A DNA stretch of 52,315 nt from a virus (Duplodnaviria > Caudoviricetes): IMG/VR virus record IMGVR_UViG_3300043174_000068, positions 1 through 52,315 of that record; one strand, given 5' to 3'. The first letter of the stretch is position 1; every line of letters starts with the position of its first letter. Below, piece by piece: positions 28,360 to 38,363 of the stretch. Below the pieces are notes generated by a model. That model saw only the letters and a list, made by a program, of their open reading frames with translations. It did no database searches and was not told the DNA's origin. The position numbers and the translations under genes are program-made.

Positions 28360-28372
28360 TATATATATTAAT
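28360..28372 (+). promoter_or_regulatory. Putative early promoter motif TATATATATTAAT(gat)TGAA
   Basis: Exact 13-mer upstream of a three-gene island. Confidence 0.65.
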
Positions 28373-28414
28373 GATTGAAAGAGATGTTAATTACCTAATT
28401 TATAAAGGAGGAAT

Positions 28415-28954
28415 ATGAAAAAAAGTATTATTAGTATAATTATCATCTTTGTTTTTACATCATCAGCATTAGCGTTCGATTTTTATTTCTTTGGCGTTAA
28501 CCCTGAATGGATCAAGGAGAGAAAATGGGGGCAGGTTTTCCTTGGTGCAGTAACATCAGTCGTGGTTCATGAAGGGTCTCATTATCTGGTTGGAAAAGTA
28601 ATCCTTGGAGGCGACTTTGAATTTAGGGGAACAGAACTCTGGTTTGAAAGAGACTTTTCTGAATCAGAAAAAGCGTGGATCAATAGATCTGGCTTCGTTG
28701 GACAAACAATAGTTGGTACAGTTCTTAATATTATTCCGGCAACCAAAGGGTCTGATTTCGCTCTAGGATTTAACACTATGACATTAATTGAAACTGCAAC
28801 TTATCCCATTCGTTATAGAGGAAACGATGGAGATATTAAGTGGCTAGAAGAAAACTCCAGTACAGAACAAGCATATGTGGAATGGGGATTCTATACTGGT
28901 GCTGCAATCTTCAATACTTTTTGGGCAATTAACAACTCATTAAAGGAGGATTAA
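28415..28954 (+). CDS. Exported/membrane protein with HEXXH motif (possible membrane metalloprotease-like)
   Basis: Signal peptide ending in ALA; VVHEGSHYL in a hydrophobic segment; downstream GDI; AAGGAGG RBS. Confidence 0.6.
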   Translation: MKKSIISIIIIFVFTSSALAFDFYFFGVNPEWIKERKWGQVFLGAVTSVVVHEGSHYLVGKVILGGDFEFRGTELWFERDFSESEKAWINRSGFVGQTIVGTVLNIIPATKGSDFALGFNTMTLIETATYPIRYRGNDGDIKWLEENSSTEQAYVEWGFYTGAAIFNTFWAINNSLKED

Positions 28955-29268
28955 TGGGACCATCTTGTGATCGCTGTGGTCAAGTTATGGAATTGGTTGA
29001 AACCACCGAGCAGGGGTTTGAGATTTACGCTTGCGGGTGGTGCGACTTGGGAGGAAAAGAGCACTCCACACCAATTTATTACAGGGAATTTACCTGCTGG
29101 TCTTGTGGCCTATTCCAAAGAGTCGGGGAAGACCGCAGGTCTATTATTCCAGGAATGGGGCACTATTGTATTAGATGTTGTAAAGATCTAACTGAATATT
29201 TCATGCGTATGCCACAGATGCGCGAACTTAATTACAAACTAGGAGGGAGGATTAATACTTATGTCTAA
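28954..29268 (+). CDS. Zinc-finger protein (four CxxC pairs)
   Basis: CDRC, CGWC, CWSC, CIRC; AAGGAGG RBS and TAATG coupling. Confidence 0.75.
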   Translation: MGPSCDRCGQVMELVETTEQGFEIYACGWCDLGGKEHSTPIYYREFTCWSCGLFQRVGEDRRSIIPGMGHYCIRCCKDLTEYFMRMPQMRELNYKLGGRINTYV

Positions 29269-29605
29269 AACTTACATGATTACTGCAGATGATCAGGTGG
29301 TTGAAGTAAACGGTCAACCAGTTCCTAACTCCATAAAAGGGCTTCAGCACATTCGCGGAAAGGCTGAGCCAGGAGACCGGCAGAAGTACACCACTAAGGT
29401 CGATCCTTCATTGGTGAAAGAGTACATCAAGGGAAAGGAAACCGAAAATCTCGGTAGGACTCCGACAATGGTTTATGATTACTCGGAACCCAAATGGGCC
29501 AGAAAGATCGACCACTGGACTACCAATGTGGTCTGCTTCGGACTCGGTGCCGGTTTTATGGGATGCCTCTATTACTGGGGCGTCTTGCACTTCTTTGCCA
29601 AGTAG
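29261..29605 (+). CDS. Hypothetical protein with C-terminal TM helix
   Basis: GGAGG RBS; hydrophobic C-terminus. Confidence 0.7.
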   Translation: MSKTYMITADDQVVEVNGQPVPNSIKGLQHIRGKAEPGDRQKYTTKVDPSLVKEYIKGKETENLGRTPTMVYDYSEPKWARKIDHWTTNVVCFGLGAGFMGCLYYWGVLHFFAK

Positions 29606-29624
29606 GGTGACCGAACGGCGGAGG

Positions 29625-29663
29625 AAGAGAGGGAGGCTTTTGGTCTCCTCCCTCTCTTTTTTT
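29625..29663 (+). terminator. Rho-independent terminator
   Basis: AAGAGAGGGAGG-cttttggtct-CCTCCCTCTCTT followed by a T run. Confidence 0.85.
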
Positions 29664-30870
29664 AGCTAAATATTGGCTTGAAAATTTCTGGTTTATCTAT
29701 TGAATGTTTGTAATGTCTCCAATCTTCTGGATCTTGTTTTGGCCACATATAAAACTTTGCATTAAAGTTTCTTAAAAGACCATTTCTTGAAATATCAGCT
29801 TTAACAATATAACCACCAACTTGAGGGTGTAACCCAAGCCTTTTCAAATAATTACTTTGACCTTCAAATGTTCCGCATTGCATCCCAAAAATTGAACCAA
29901 ACATAGCTTGAACTTGAATATGTAAATGCCCAGCCAAAACAAATCTAACACTTGGTTTCTCTTTAAAATCTCTTGAAATATTTGCTAGTTCATTATATAC
30001 TACTTGCTCAATTCCTTTTTGAAGTCTGTAAGAATATGAATATGGCGCACCTCCTGCTGGGTGCCACATTTTTAAATCGACACCCGGTAGTATTGGAATA
30101 TCAGCATCGTCAAACCCCACATAGTGAAAATCAGGTCGCTGCGCCTCAATAGCCAATAGGCAATTGTGCCCACCTCCTCTTTTGATAAACGAGTAATCAT
30201 GATTTCCACCTAGTACATACCACTCAAACCCTTTTGGAAGATTGAGTATAACAGATTCCTCTTGTTCTTCTGCTGATAATGCATATAAGTCGAATTGCTG
30301 TCCTGGATATACATTGTATCCTGCACAAAGATCACCAGGAGAAAAGATATATTTTACTCCTTTCTTTCTGCATATTTCTGCAAACTCATTTAGTGCTGTT
30401 ATCTGGCATGCTTTTGATCCGAAGTGAATATCTGAAGCTACTCCAAAGATAATTTCTTTATCTTCAAGGGGGGATTCTATAACTTCACCTTCTGAAGTTA
30501 TATCTGTACTTAATATGATGTTTCTATCATCACAAACAATCTCATAACCTTTCTTTCTAAATTGTGTAATCAAATCAAAGATTTCATTAGGAGAACAACT
30601 TAATTGCTCACAAAGTTCATCTCCTGAAACACTTCTTTTCTTTTCTAGAATATTAATAAACTTTTCTTCTATACTTTCTCTAGTTTCTCCTGCATCTGAA
30701 ATCTCTTTTTCTGTTAATGCTTTTTTAACTCTTGATACATACTTATAAAAAGACTTGATAGGGTATGAATAATTAAAATTTAAACTTGCTTGTTCATAAA
30801 TTTGTTTTGTTGATGTTCCATTTAAAATTTCTTGCTTTACAAAATCTAACAACCCTGGATATATTGTCAT
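29662..30870 (-). CDS. Calcineurin-like metallophosphoesterase with N-terminal HTH region
   Basis: DIH, GD, GNHD, H and GHLH motifs; winged-HTH-like SGDELCEQL..S...I..LI..FRKKGY. Confidence 0.9.
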   Translation of the reverse strand: MTIYPGLLDFVKQEILNGTSTKQIYEQASLNFNYSYPIKSFYKYVSRVKKALTEKEISDAGETRESIEEKFINILEKKRSVSGDELCEQLSCSPNEIFDLITQFRKKGYEIVCDDRNIILSTDITSEGEVIESPLEDKEIIFGVASDIHFGSKACQITALNEFAEICRKKGVKYIFSPGDLCAGYNVYPGQQFDLYALSAEEQEESVILNLPKGFEWYVLGGNHDYSFIKRGGGHNCLLAIEAQRPDFHYVGFDDADIPILPGVDLKMWHPAGGAPYSYSYRLQKGIEQVVYNELANISRDFKEKPSVRFVLAGHLHIQVQAMFGSIFGMQCGTFEGQSNYLKRLGLHPQVGGYIVKADISRNGLLRNFNAKFYMWPKQDPEDWRHYKHSIDKPEIFKPIFS

Positions 30871-30921
30871 TCAGTTCCTCCAATAACTTACAATTATGTT
30901 ACGATGAAACTTTATTATTTT

Positions 30922-30932
30922 TTTGTTCTAAA
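30922..30932 (-). promoter_or_regulatory. Putative late promoter motif TTTAGAACAAA
   Basis: Exact consensus followed by AAAATA. Confidence 0.6.
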
Positions 30933-30995
30933 TCAAAAGGCAGGATTCTCAGGTTAACAATACGTTAGAAAGTCACTGTTTATGCGGATGGAAAC

Positions 30996-33900
30996 TTATA
31001 GAAGGACACGATCTCCATTTTCTTGTAGTATATAAAATCCATCTTCAAGCAACATATAATCTGTAATATCTTCAATTGTAATACTTACTAAATCAAATCC
31101 ATGAGTACAATCAAAAATTCCTTCTTCATCAAAGTGTCTAAACCCACCTGTTTGAATAAATAGAAGTTCATCAAGTTTGTTTTCTGCTCCTTGAACATAC
31201 CATGAAAAATAGTAATTATTAGAATCAATTGGAGATGCAAATTTAACTTTAAAACTTGTTATAGTTTTTTCAATTACTTGAAAAGGATAAATACTTGATG
31301 TTGCATCAGCTATATTAACAATTGACGAAACAACAGCGTTCATTTCATTTAATGTTGGATTTGGAAATACAACTGTTACCTCATCCAACCCATTTGGTAA
31401 TGGTTCTATTCCACTATTTACATTTGTTGGAATAATCCAATTTAAAATATAGTTGTTAGTTGGCATTGGGTGTGAGAATCTAACTGTAAATCCATTAATT
31501 GTTCTTCCTGTAATCTCATAAGAGATTTGACTAACAGAAGTAGTATCAGTAGTTTCCAATGCAATTAAAATTGGAGATGTTGTATCTTTAGGAGATGTAA
31601 AATTAACTGTAGTTGACATATCTCCAGTAGATAAACCTTTTAATCCAGAATTATCAGGGTCTCTACTCTTTGTCCAATCTATTCTGTAACCAGGATTTTC
31701 AGTTACATCGGACAAATCTATTCTAAAACTAAAAACATCTTTATCTGCAATAACATAAGAAAGGATTGATGAATCAGGATAATCAACATTGCTAATACAA
31801 GCTACTAAAGAAAAATAAGGATCAGGTTCTTCATCCCCTTCCATATTGTATCGAATTGTATTTGTTCCATAAGGAATTACTTCAACATTACTTTTATATA
31901 TTCTAGTATTAACTTCATTAACTACAAAACCAGTAGTATCAACAATAGGGCATCTTAAATTATCATATATATTATCATGAATTTCAATAAATAGTTCTCT
32001 TGGAGCGTCAGTAACGGCTCCTTCATCATGAAATGATCCGCAATCGTAAAATTCTCTAGAATATGTTTGAGTTTGTAGGCATGAAGTTGCATCTTGAATA
32101 CAAACATCTTCTTCTACATCTCCTTTTCCTATTGTATCTCTATATCTAAATAAGTTCCAAACTATATTGTAGTTAGTTGAATCTGGAGGGGCATTCATCT
32201 TAACTTTAAAATCTTGTGTTGTTTTATCAACAACTGTATATAAATATTGTGAAGAATTTAGATCAATTAAATTTTCTATTGATAGTGAAACGGCATAATA
32301 ATTGTTAGTCTGTTCTTCTGGTAAAACTATAGTTTGAATAGTATCTGTAAATTGTGTAGTTTCTATTTTTCCGTAATTAGGAATAATCCAGTTTAGAAAA
32401 TAATCAGCAGAATCAATATCATCACTGAATTTAACTGTAAAGGATGTTGGTGTTTTATCAATAATTGTATATGCATACTTAGAAGGAGTAGGATTAATTA
32501 AATTCTCTATTGAAACTAACAAAGGATAATTAGAATCAGCTTGAACTACAGGTAAAGTTACTGTAACTTGATTACCTACTGGAATCCCTTGTATTCCTGC
32601 ATTTGAACCAGATTTCATCACAATAAAATCTAACCAATAATCAAAATTTGAAGTTGGACTACTGAGTAAGACTTCAAATTGATTTACTCCTTTGCTGGTT
32701 ATAATCATTCCAAAAGAACCAGCTTGGGTTAAATCACTAGATCTGCTTGACATTGTTGGAACGACTGAATATGTATCTAGAATTGGATCAGGAAGAAAAA
32801 CAGTAATAGAAGAATCATCACTTACTATAGGGGCACTAACTTTAATTAAATCACTAACATCTTCGCTGAAACAGTTAATTTCTCCATTACAACATGGTTC
32901 ACTATCACCAGTTAAGAAATCATGAAATTGTAAATTAACATCAAAATTGAATTGATCTTCAACAATTACTGAGTTAAATAATCTACTTGTAAATTGTAAA
33001 TATTCAAGAGGAATAAGTCTAGCTCTATATGGTTTAAAGAACTCAATAACTTTTCTTAAATTACTAAATAAAGAATCAAGCCCAAAAAGAATATAACCAA
33101 TATTAGTAAAACCAAAACTCATATATGATCTGATCCATTCTCCAAGATCAGTTAATAACGAACCCAATACTTCTTCTAAACTGATTGATAATGTATCAAG
33201 ATTACTTTTAACCGTAGGATTAAGAATTGTTAAAACATCTCTAGCATCTAAATGATCTTGTAAAAAATTTTCAGAAATTGGTAAAGTAAATATATCTAAA
33301 TATTTATCATATAATACTTTCCATTGAGCATGTGTATCAACTCTAACATTTGCGATAGTATCAAATTCTTCTAAAATATCTTGAACTGAAATGTTAGTTC
33401 CGTCGTAACAAACATATCTAGCAGCAGGAGATCCTACAGTCCATAACTTGTTAAATGTATAGACGCAAGCTAGGTAGTTAGTTAAAAATGAACATTGGTC
33501 GCCTGTAATAGTTAATAGGGCATCTTGAGGAAGAGTAGGATCTGTATCTTCTGGTTTTGAACCAGCTAAAACCCATTGTGTATATTGGTCTTTAACTTGT
33601 CTTGAGATAATACCAGTTTCAGCATCAATTGTTTTTTCATCGTAAACTGGCTTGATTGCAAAATAAGGAGATTGAGATGGAAAATTAATTTTATTAATAG
33701 TATGCAAATATTTAACTTGATCTTTAGTTTGTAACCAGTGAGGATCACGCTCAGTAATAAATTCAAAATCAAAATATAAATTAGATTTGTCCTCACTTGT
33801 TCCAGCTATTTTATTTGTCTTAAAAATAATATCATTTGAGTTACCATAAACTCTATCATCCCATAACAATGATAGTTCATATAGATCTACTTTATTAATT

Positions 33901-34337
33901 CCATAATAATTAAGTAGATCTAATAAAGCTTGAGGGGTTCCTTTTCTTTTGTATAAATTAACTAAATCAAGAAAGAAATTTATTTTAATTTGTGGAGATT
34001 CATTTCCAGTAGGGTGCCTTATACTTGTTGAATATGGATAACCAAAACTTCTAAACAATTCATCAAGTTGATCATTTGGCATTTTCCAAACATCTGAAAT
34101 AGTTGTCTGATATGTAGTAAGTGTTCTATGTGTAGCGTATAGATCTCTAATGAAATTTCTTAACCCATAATAGTCAGCGGTAGAAAATGCAGCTTGATCA
34201 ATTACTGTAGAAAAAAGTTTTTCTGCTGAAGTTGCTTCGTTCTTGGCTAAAGCTATAATAGCTTCAGTTACATCATCATCGGCAGTACCGCCTTGTACTA
34301 TTTGAAGTAGTTTCCAAAAGGAATCTATAGTGAACAT
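30996..34337 (-). CDS. Large baseplate wedge protein (gp7/gpI-like) with six internal beta repeats
   Basis: LYKRKGTPQAL...L and FKPYRAR motifs; 2x3 repeats of about 70 aa; C-terminal LLEDG.YILQENG motif. Confidence 0.75.
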   Translation of the reverse strand: MFTIDSFWKLLQIVQGGTADDDVTEAIIALAKNEATSAEKLFSTVIDQAAFSTADYYGLRNFIRDLYATHRTLTTYQTTISDVWKMPNDQLDELFRSFGYPYSTSIRHPTGNESPQIKINFFLDLVNLYKRKGTPQALLDLLNYYGINKVDLYELSLLWDDRVYGNSNDIIFKTNKIAGTSEDKSNLYFDFEFITERDPHWLQTKDQVKYLHTINKINFPSQSPYFAIKPVYDEKTIDAETGIISRQVKDQYTQWVLAGSKPEDTDPTLPQDALLTITGDQCSFLTNYLACVYTFNKLWTVGSPAARYVCYDGTNISVQDILEEFDTIANVRVDTHAQWKVLYDKYLDIFTLPISENFLQDHLDARDVLTILNPTVKSNLDTLSISLEEVLGSLLTDLGEWIRSYMSFGFTNIGYILFGLDSLFSNLRKVIEFFKPYRARLIPLEYLQFTSRLFNSVIVEDQFNFDVNLQFHDFLTGDSEPCCNGEINCFSEDVSDLIKVSAPIVSDDSSITVFLPDPILDTYSVVPTMSSRSSDLTQAGSFGMIITSKGVNQFEVLLSSPTSNFDYWLDFIVMKSGSNAGIQGIPVGNQVTVTLPVVQADSNYPLLVSIENLINPTPSKYAYTIIDKTPTSFTVKFSDDIDSADYFLNWIIPNYGKIETTQFTDTIQTIVLPEEQTNNYYAVSLSIENLIDLNSSQYLYTVVDKTTQDFKVKMNAPPDSTNYNIVWNLFRYRDTIGKGDVEEDVCIQDATSCLQTQTYSREFYDCGSFHDEGAVTDAPRELFIEIHDNIYDNLRCPIVDTTGFVVNEVNTRIYKSNVEVIPYGTNTIRYNMEGDEEPDPYFSLVACISNVDYPDSSILSYVIADKDVFSFRIDLSDVTENPGYRIDWTKSRDPDNSGLKGLSTGDMSTTVNFTSPKDTTSPILIALETTDTTSVSQISYEITGRTINGFTVRFSHPMPTNNYILNWIIPTNVNSGIEPLPNGLDEVTVVFPNPTLNEMNAVVSSIVNIADATSSIYPFQVIEKTITSFKVKFASPIDSNNYYFSWYVQGAENKLDELLFIQTGGFRHFDEEGIFDCTHGFDLVSITIEDITDYMLLEDGFYILQENGDRVLL

Positions 34338-34346
34338 TAAATCTCC

Positions 34347-35033
34347 TTATGTTGATAATTCTGGTGGACAAGGTTGTATTAAATTAGGAACATTATCTAT
34401 CATATACTTCATATATGCATCTATCAAATATGACTCAAACATATTACATAATAAACTTTTAGGATGCAAATCACAAGTAGAAACTAAATCTAAATTGTTG
34501 TATCCTTCATAATTTCCATTAACTTGTAGATCTAAATAAAGATATATCATCTTAGATAGACATGTACTTAATGCATCAACGCTACTACTAATAATTGCAA
34601 ACCCACCAGTTGAATCTATTATTACACTTGTAGATGTTGAATCAATTACTGTTAATGCTGTTGAATCCCACATTCTATATGCTAATAACGCATCTAACAT
34701 TATTAGATCATCATTATTTAGTTCGAAAATATTATCACCATCTACATCTAGATTTACATATTGCCACATTCCTGGATAAATTTGTAGTCTTCTAGATGCT
34801 TGTGCTGGGACACAAAAGAAATCAGTAACTAATGAGTATGTATATTCATAATAATCCAATGCATAATCATCATTAAATAAAACGTTTGTAAATGATTGTT
34901 CTGGAAATTTAATTGGATCAATATCTGTTGGAGGAGGAATTCTTCCTTTGTTAATGACGGATCCAAGGACAAATTCTCTATACCAATGTTGCAGGTCAGG
35001 AACTAAAGTATATCCTGAAAAAGAAATTGCCAT
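34347..35033 (-). CDS. Hypothetical virion-associated protein
   Basis: Acidic ORF in the structural operon; three DST motifs. Confidence 0.75.
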   Translation of the reverse strand: MAISFSGYTLVPDLQHWYREFVLGSVINKGRIPPPTDIDPIKFPEQSFTNVLFNDDYALDYYEYTYSLVTDFFCVPAQASRRLQIYPGMWQYVNLDVDGDNIFELNNDDLIMLDALLAYRMWDSTALTVIDSTSTSVIIDSTGGFAIISSSVDALSTCLSKMIYLYLDLQVNGNYEGYNNLDLVSTCDLHPKSLLCNMFESYLIDAYMKYMIDNVPNLIQPCPPELST

Positions 35034-35599
35034 TAATCCCTCACGTCTGTTTGAATTAAATCCAATGAACTCATATAATCTAGCATATGAATAAACATTG
35101 TTTCTGGATTATAATCTTTAAAATTAAACTTTTTATTTTTGGGAACATCACTACTGAATCTACCTGTATGAAATCTTACTGCTTCCTCTAAAATAAAAAA
35201 TTGTTCTTCACTAAAAATTTTCAAGAATAATTCTTTATTTTGAGAAATTATATCTGCAGCAAATTTATCATGTTTATTATCAACATAAGGTCTCTGCCCA
35301 TTAACTCCATATTTTAAAGTATCATGAAGAGCACCAGCTAATAACAACTTATCCGCCTCAGGAGTCTTTGATTCAATATTAAACATCCTAAATAATTTAA
35401 CTGTGGAAAATAAAATATGATAGACATGTTCTGATTGATTTGGAACTTCTCCATTTAACTTTTTATGATATTTACCAGTCGATGATGTAGGACGTTCCCA
35501 TATATTAGGTAATCTTTGATCCATTCCTTGCCAAAGATTAAAACATCTTTCTGACATATTCTCTTTTAACAAATTAACTATACGTTCCTTGTATGTCAT
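35033..35599 (-). CDS. HD-domain phosphohydrolase
   Basis: PTSSTGKYH, EH, LHD..KYG, H, FH.G and H..DY motifs. Confidence 0.85.
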   Translation of the reverse strand: MTYKERIVNLLKENMSERCFNLWQGMDQRLPNIWERPTSSTGKYHKKLNGEVPNQSEHVYHILFSTVKLFRMFNIESKTPEADKLLLAGALHDTLKYGVNGQRPYVDNKHDKFAADIISQNKELFLKIFSEEQFFILEEAVRFHTGRFSSDVPKNKKFNFKDYNPETMFIHMLDYMSSLDLIQTDVRD

Positions 35600-35614
35600 T
35601 CTCCCAAGCCTTTC

Positions 35615-36214
35615 TTATTTGGTTTTAATTCCCTTTTGCATAATATATTTACTCATAGTTCTATCACCAAACCACCATGTTACACACGAGACAGTTAGAT
35701 ATAAAATAACTTCAACGACACTTTGATAAATAGCTGTTGCTTCGGTATGAGTCATTCCCTGACCATATTTTTGAACTATTTGCCAAGCTAGATATGTTAT
35801 ATATGAAGACATTCCAACTAGATAAGCAGTCATCAAAGGTCTCATTAATCCTCTAAACCAATCAACAAAACCAAATAAAAATGCAACTATACAGGCTACT
35901 GGCCCTGCAAGATAACTCAACCATCCTGTTGTTCCAAGTAACTTATCTACCCAATTCTCACCAAACAATGCTTCATTTCCTGCAGTTTGAGATGCCATAT
36001 ATGCTTGTGCATTTGCTAGTTCTACAGCTCCTTCAATTTGAGCTTTTGTAACTTGAATGTTAGCTTCAGCTTCAGCTTTCATAGCAGCTGTTTGTGCTGC
36101 AATTACAGCTATTTCGTGCGCATTTTTTTCTTTCATAGTTTTATAATTCATAATGCTTGTTACAACACTTCCCACCAATCCCGTTAATCCGCCTAGAATA
36201 GTTTCAAATAACAT
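35615..36214 (-). CDS. Putative holin (3TM-holin-like)
   Basis: Hydrophobic helices with RG.MRP..T and WWFGDR motifs. Confidence 0.65.
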   Translation of the reverse strand: MLFETILGGLTGLVGSVVTSIMNYKTMKEKNAHEIAVIAAQTAAMKAEAEANIQVTKAQIEGAVELANAQAYMASQTAGNEALFGENWVDKLLGTTGWLSYLAGPVACIVAFLFGFVDWFRGLMRPLMTAYLVGMSSYITYLAWQIVQKYGQGMTHTEATAIYQSVVEVILYLTVSCVTWWFGDRTMSKYIMQKGIKTK

Positions 36215-36226
36215 AGCAATATCCTC

Positions 36227-36649
36227 CTAGAAATTCTCAAATATTTTTAATCTAAATGGTTCCTTTTCCATTTCCCTCATAAACTTATTAACAGCTAATC
36301 TTGAGTTCAATACAGCTAACTGCCCTTGTAATGTTCCATTTTGAAGACCTAATAGAATACATCCATTAACATGTGCTTTATATCCTTTACTAACATCACC
36401 AGCCCAGTTTCCAGAATGAATTAAAATAAAGCTTCTGTTAGGAACATCTTTAATCCAATATACTAAACCAAATCTTGGAGAAACTCTAGTCTCACAAAAA
36501 TATTCCCCTTTAGGAATACATGAAATATTTTTCATATTTTTTCTCCAAGGTAGTTCTATAGTATATAATCTTTCATTGTTATAATGAAGAACACCTTGAG
36601 TTCCTTGATCTCCTCTTGCCAACCTGTATAAATGGGCATAACGATCCAT
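36227..36649 (-). CDS. DUF5675-family protein (candidate cell-wall enzyme)
   Basis: T.G.L, TIELPW..N...ISCIP.GEY, VPNRS.ILIH.GN, GCILLG. Confidence 0.85.
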   Translation of the reverse strand: MDRYAHLYRLARGDQGTQGVLHYNNERLYTIELPWRKNMKNISCIPKGEYFCETRVSPRFGLVYWIKDVPNRSFILIHSGNWAGDVSKGYKAHVNGCILLGLQNGTLQGQLAVLNSRLAVNKFMREMEKEPFRLKIFENF

Positions 36650-36791
36650 ACCACCGTACCTCGCTATTCAAATATTTATTTAAATGAATATTTCTTCTAC
36701 TTACTTTACATGGAAATAAATGTTTAGATCTAATCTGCCACTTGCGTCTTAACCTCCACATCATCCTACATGTAAATAGGCTACGCAATAT

Positions 36792-37625
36792 TTATCCCCC
36801 TTTTTTCTTAAGTAATTTAATAACCTCTTTTAAAACAGGAACTGGGTTTTCTGTCTTTGCTTCTTTAATAGCTCTATTATAAATAGTTTCTTGTACCATC
36901 TTATTTGTTGTACCAGCTCTTTCTATATAAGCCAGAATATCACTCTTTGTAAATTGTTTAATTGTTTCTAATGTCAAGCCTTTTGTTTTATTTGCACGTC
37001 TTGGTGAAAATGCAGATTTCTTTCTGGAAATAATATAGTCATTTTCAGATAATCTTTCAAGTTGTTGTTCTCTTTTAGTTTTCTTAGTTCCTAGTAATTT
37101 TTCACTAAGTTTATCAATAATCTTACTTGACATTTCTACATCTTCACTAGAACTCATATTCGAAACATTATCTATTTCTTGCTTTTTCTCTGCCAACTTT
37201 TTTCTAATTCTTTCATCTATAGGCAAGTCAGAATCATCAACTCGTGTTGAAACTCTTTCCGCTCTTTCTTTTAAGTATTTAGCTTTAGCTCTAGCATCTC
37301 CAGTTTCTTCATCAAGCAATAAAGCCTCTGAAACAACTAGTTCACTTACTTGTAAATCATCATTCCAAGGACTAATAACATTTCCATCAGACATTAAATC
37401 TAATCTAGCTTGTACAGATTCACCTTCTTTTAATTTTCTATGTAATACTTTTCTTAACGCAGGAAGTTCAACAATAATTGATTGTTCTGAAACTTTAGCA
37501 GGAAACCCATATTCAATATCATCTAAAACAATTCTGAATTTAGATGAGATTGAATCTATTGCTACGCCTCCGATTTCCACCTCAAAGGTTATTTCTTTAT
37601 CTTGATTTCCATTAATCTTTAACAT
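36792..37625 (-). CDS. Hypothetical virion-associated protein
   Basis: Beta-rich N-domain plus charged C-domain; located in the operon. Confidence 0.8.
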   Translation of the reverse strand: MLKINGNQDKEITFEVEIGGVAIDSISSKFRIVLDDIEYGFPAKVSEQSIIVELPALRKVLHRKLKEGESVQARLDLMSDGNVISPWNDDLQVSELVVSEALLLDEETGDARAKAKYLKERAERVSTRVDDSDLPIDERIRKKLAEKKQEIDNVSNMSSSEDVEMSSKIIDKLSEKLLGTKKTKREQQLERLSENDYIISRKKSAFSPRRANKTKGLTLETIKQFTKSDILAYIERAGTTNKMVQETIYNRAIKEAKTENPVPVLKEVIKLLKKKGG

Positions 37626-37626
37626 A

Positions 37627-37833
37627 TTACTCTCCTGCTGATTTTAGTGTTACTTTAATCTTAGACAAAGTTATATTTTTAGATTCGATGTCTACATTTT
37701 TTACTCTTACATAAATAGTTGGTTTTGCTTCTCGTTGGTCTCCTACTCCTGGCACTGCACCACTTCCTCCAGTACCTGGACCACCTCCACAGCAATCCCT
37801 AAACATACCCATAGTTGCGATATTTACTGACAT
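37627..37833 (-). CDS. Small hypothetical protein (start moved to ATG 37833)
   Basis: TAATG coupling with the upstream gene; Gly-rich CCGGGPG segment. Confidence 0.65.
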   Translation of the reverse strand: MSVNIATMGMFRDCCGGGPGTGGSGAVPGVGDQREAKPTIYVRVKNVDIESKNITLSKIKVTLKSAGE

Positions 37834-38351
37834 TATACACTCACCTGTTTCCAATAGCTGAATTGACCACATTGTGTCCCGTCAGCTTGAATTAGATAAG
37901 TCTCAATTACATCATTATCTGTACCAACTGATGATGCATTAGAATATATTCTAACTCTTGCTGTAACCATATTTCCATGTTCATCATATACAGGATTATC
38001 AATATAAAAATTGTGATGAACAAGTCCAAGAGTTTTAAGAACACTTTGGTATACCTGACCTAAATCTCCGTCATATACTTGAACATCTCCTGTTTTTCCC
38101 CAAGGAAAATATGTTGGGTGTGTAACGACTACATACCAAGTTCCATTTATATTTGGAATAAAAGTGTATTTATAGTTGCCATCTCCTAATTCAGTAAATG
38201 TACCAGAGACTGAAAGAGTAACATCAACCCCCAATGGATTATAAACATGTACTGTAAATGCAGTAGAATCAATACCAGATATCAAATTACCATTTTTATC
38301 AGAAACAGTAAAATGCTCATCTGTTGGTTGATTAATAACTCCTAAAATCAT
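37833..38351 (-). CDS. Ig-like beta-sandwich virion protein
   Basis: ELGDGNYKYTF.P...GTWYV pattern typical of Ig-like folds. Confidence 0.6.
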   Translation of the reverse strand: MILGVINQPTDEHFTVSDKNGNLISGIDSTAFTVHVYNPLGVDVTLSVSGTFTELGDGNYKYTFIPNINGTWYVVVTHPTYFPWGKTGDVQVYDGDLGQVYQSVLKTLGLVHHNFYIDNPVYDEHGNMVTARVRIYSNASSVGTDNDVIETYLIQADGTQCGQFSYWKQVSV

Positions 38352-38363
38352 TTCAGTTCTCCT

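Noticed and set aside
4130-34337. Bacterial contractile injection system (eCIS/T6SS/tailocin) instead of a phage
   Set aside because: Terminase large subunit, DNA-metabolism genes, phage-style promoter motifs and absence of host housekeeping genes indicate a phage genome
36579-36788. 69-aa basic ORF between DUF5675 and the upstream gene
   Set aside because: TTG start without RBS, 71-nt overlap with DUF5675 and atypical composition; cannot be excluded as a lysis accessory but is unsupported
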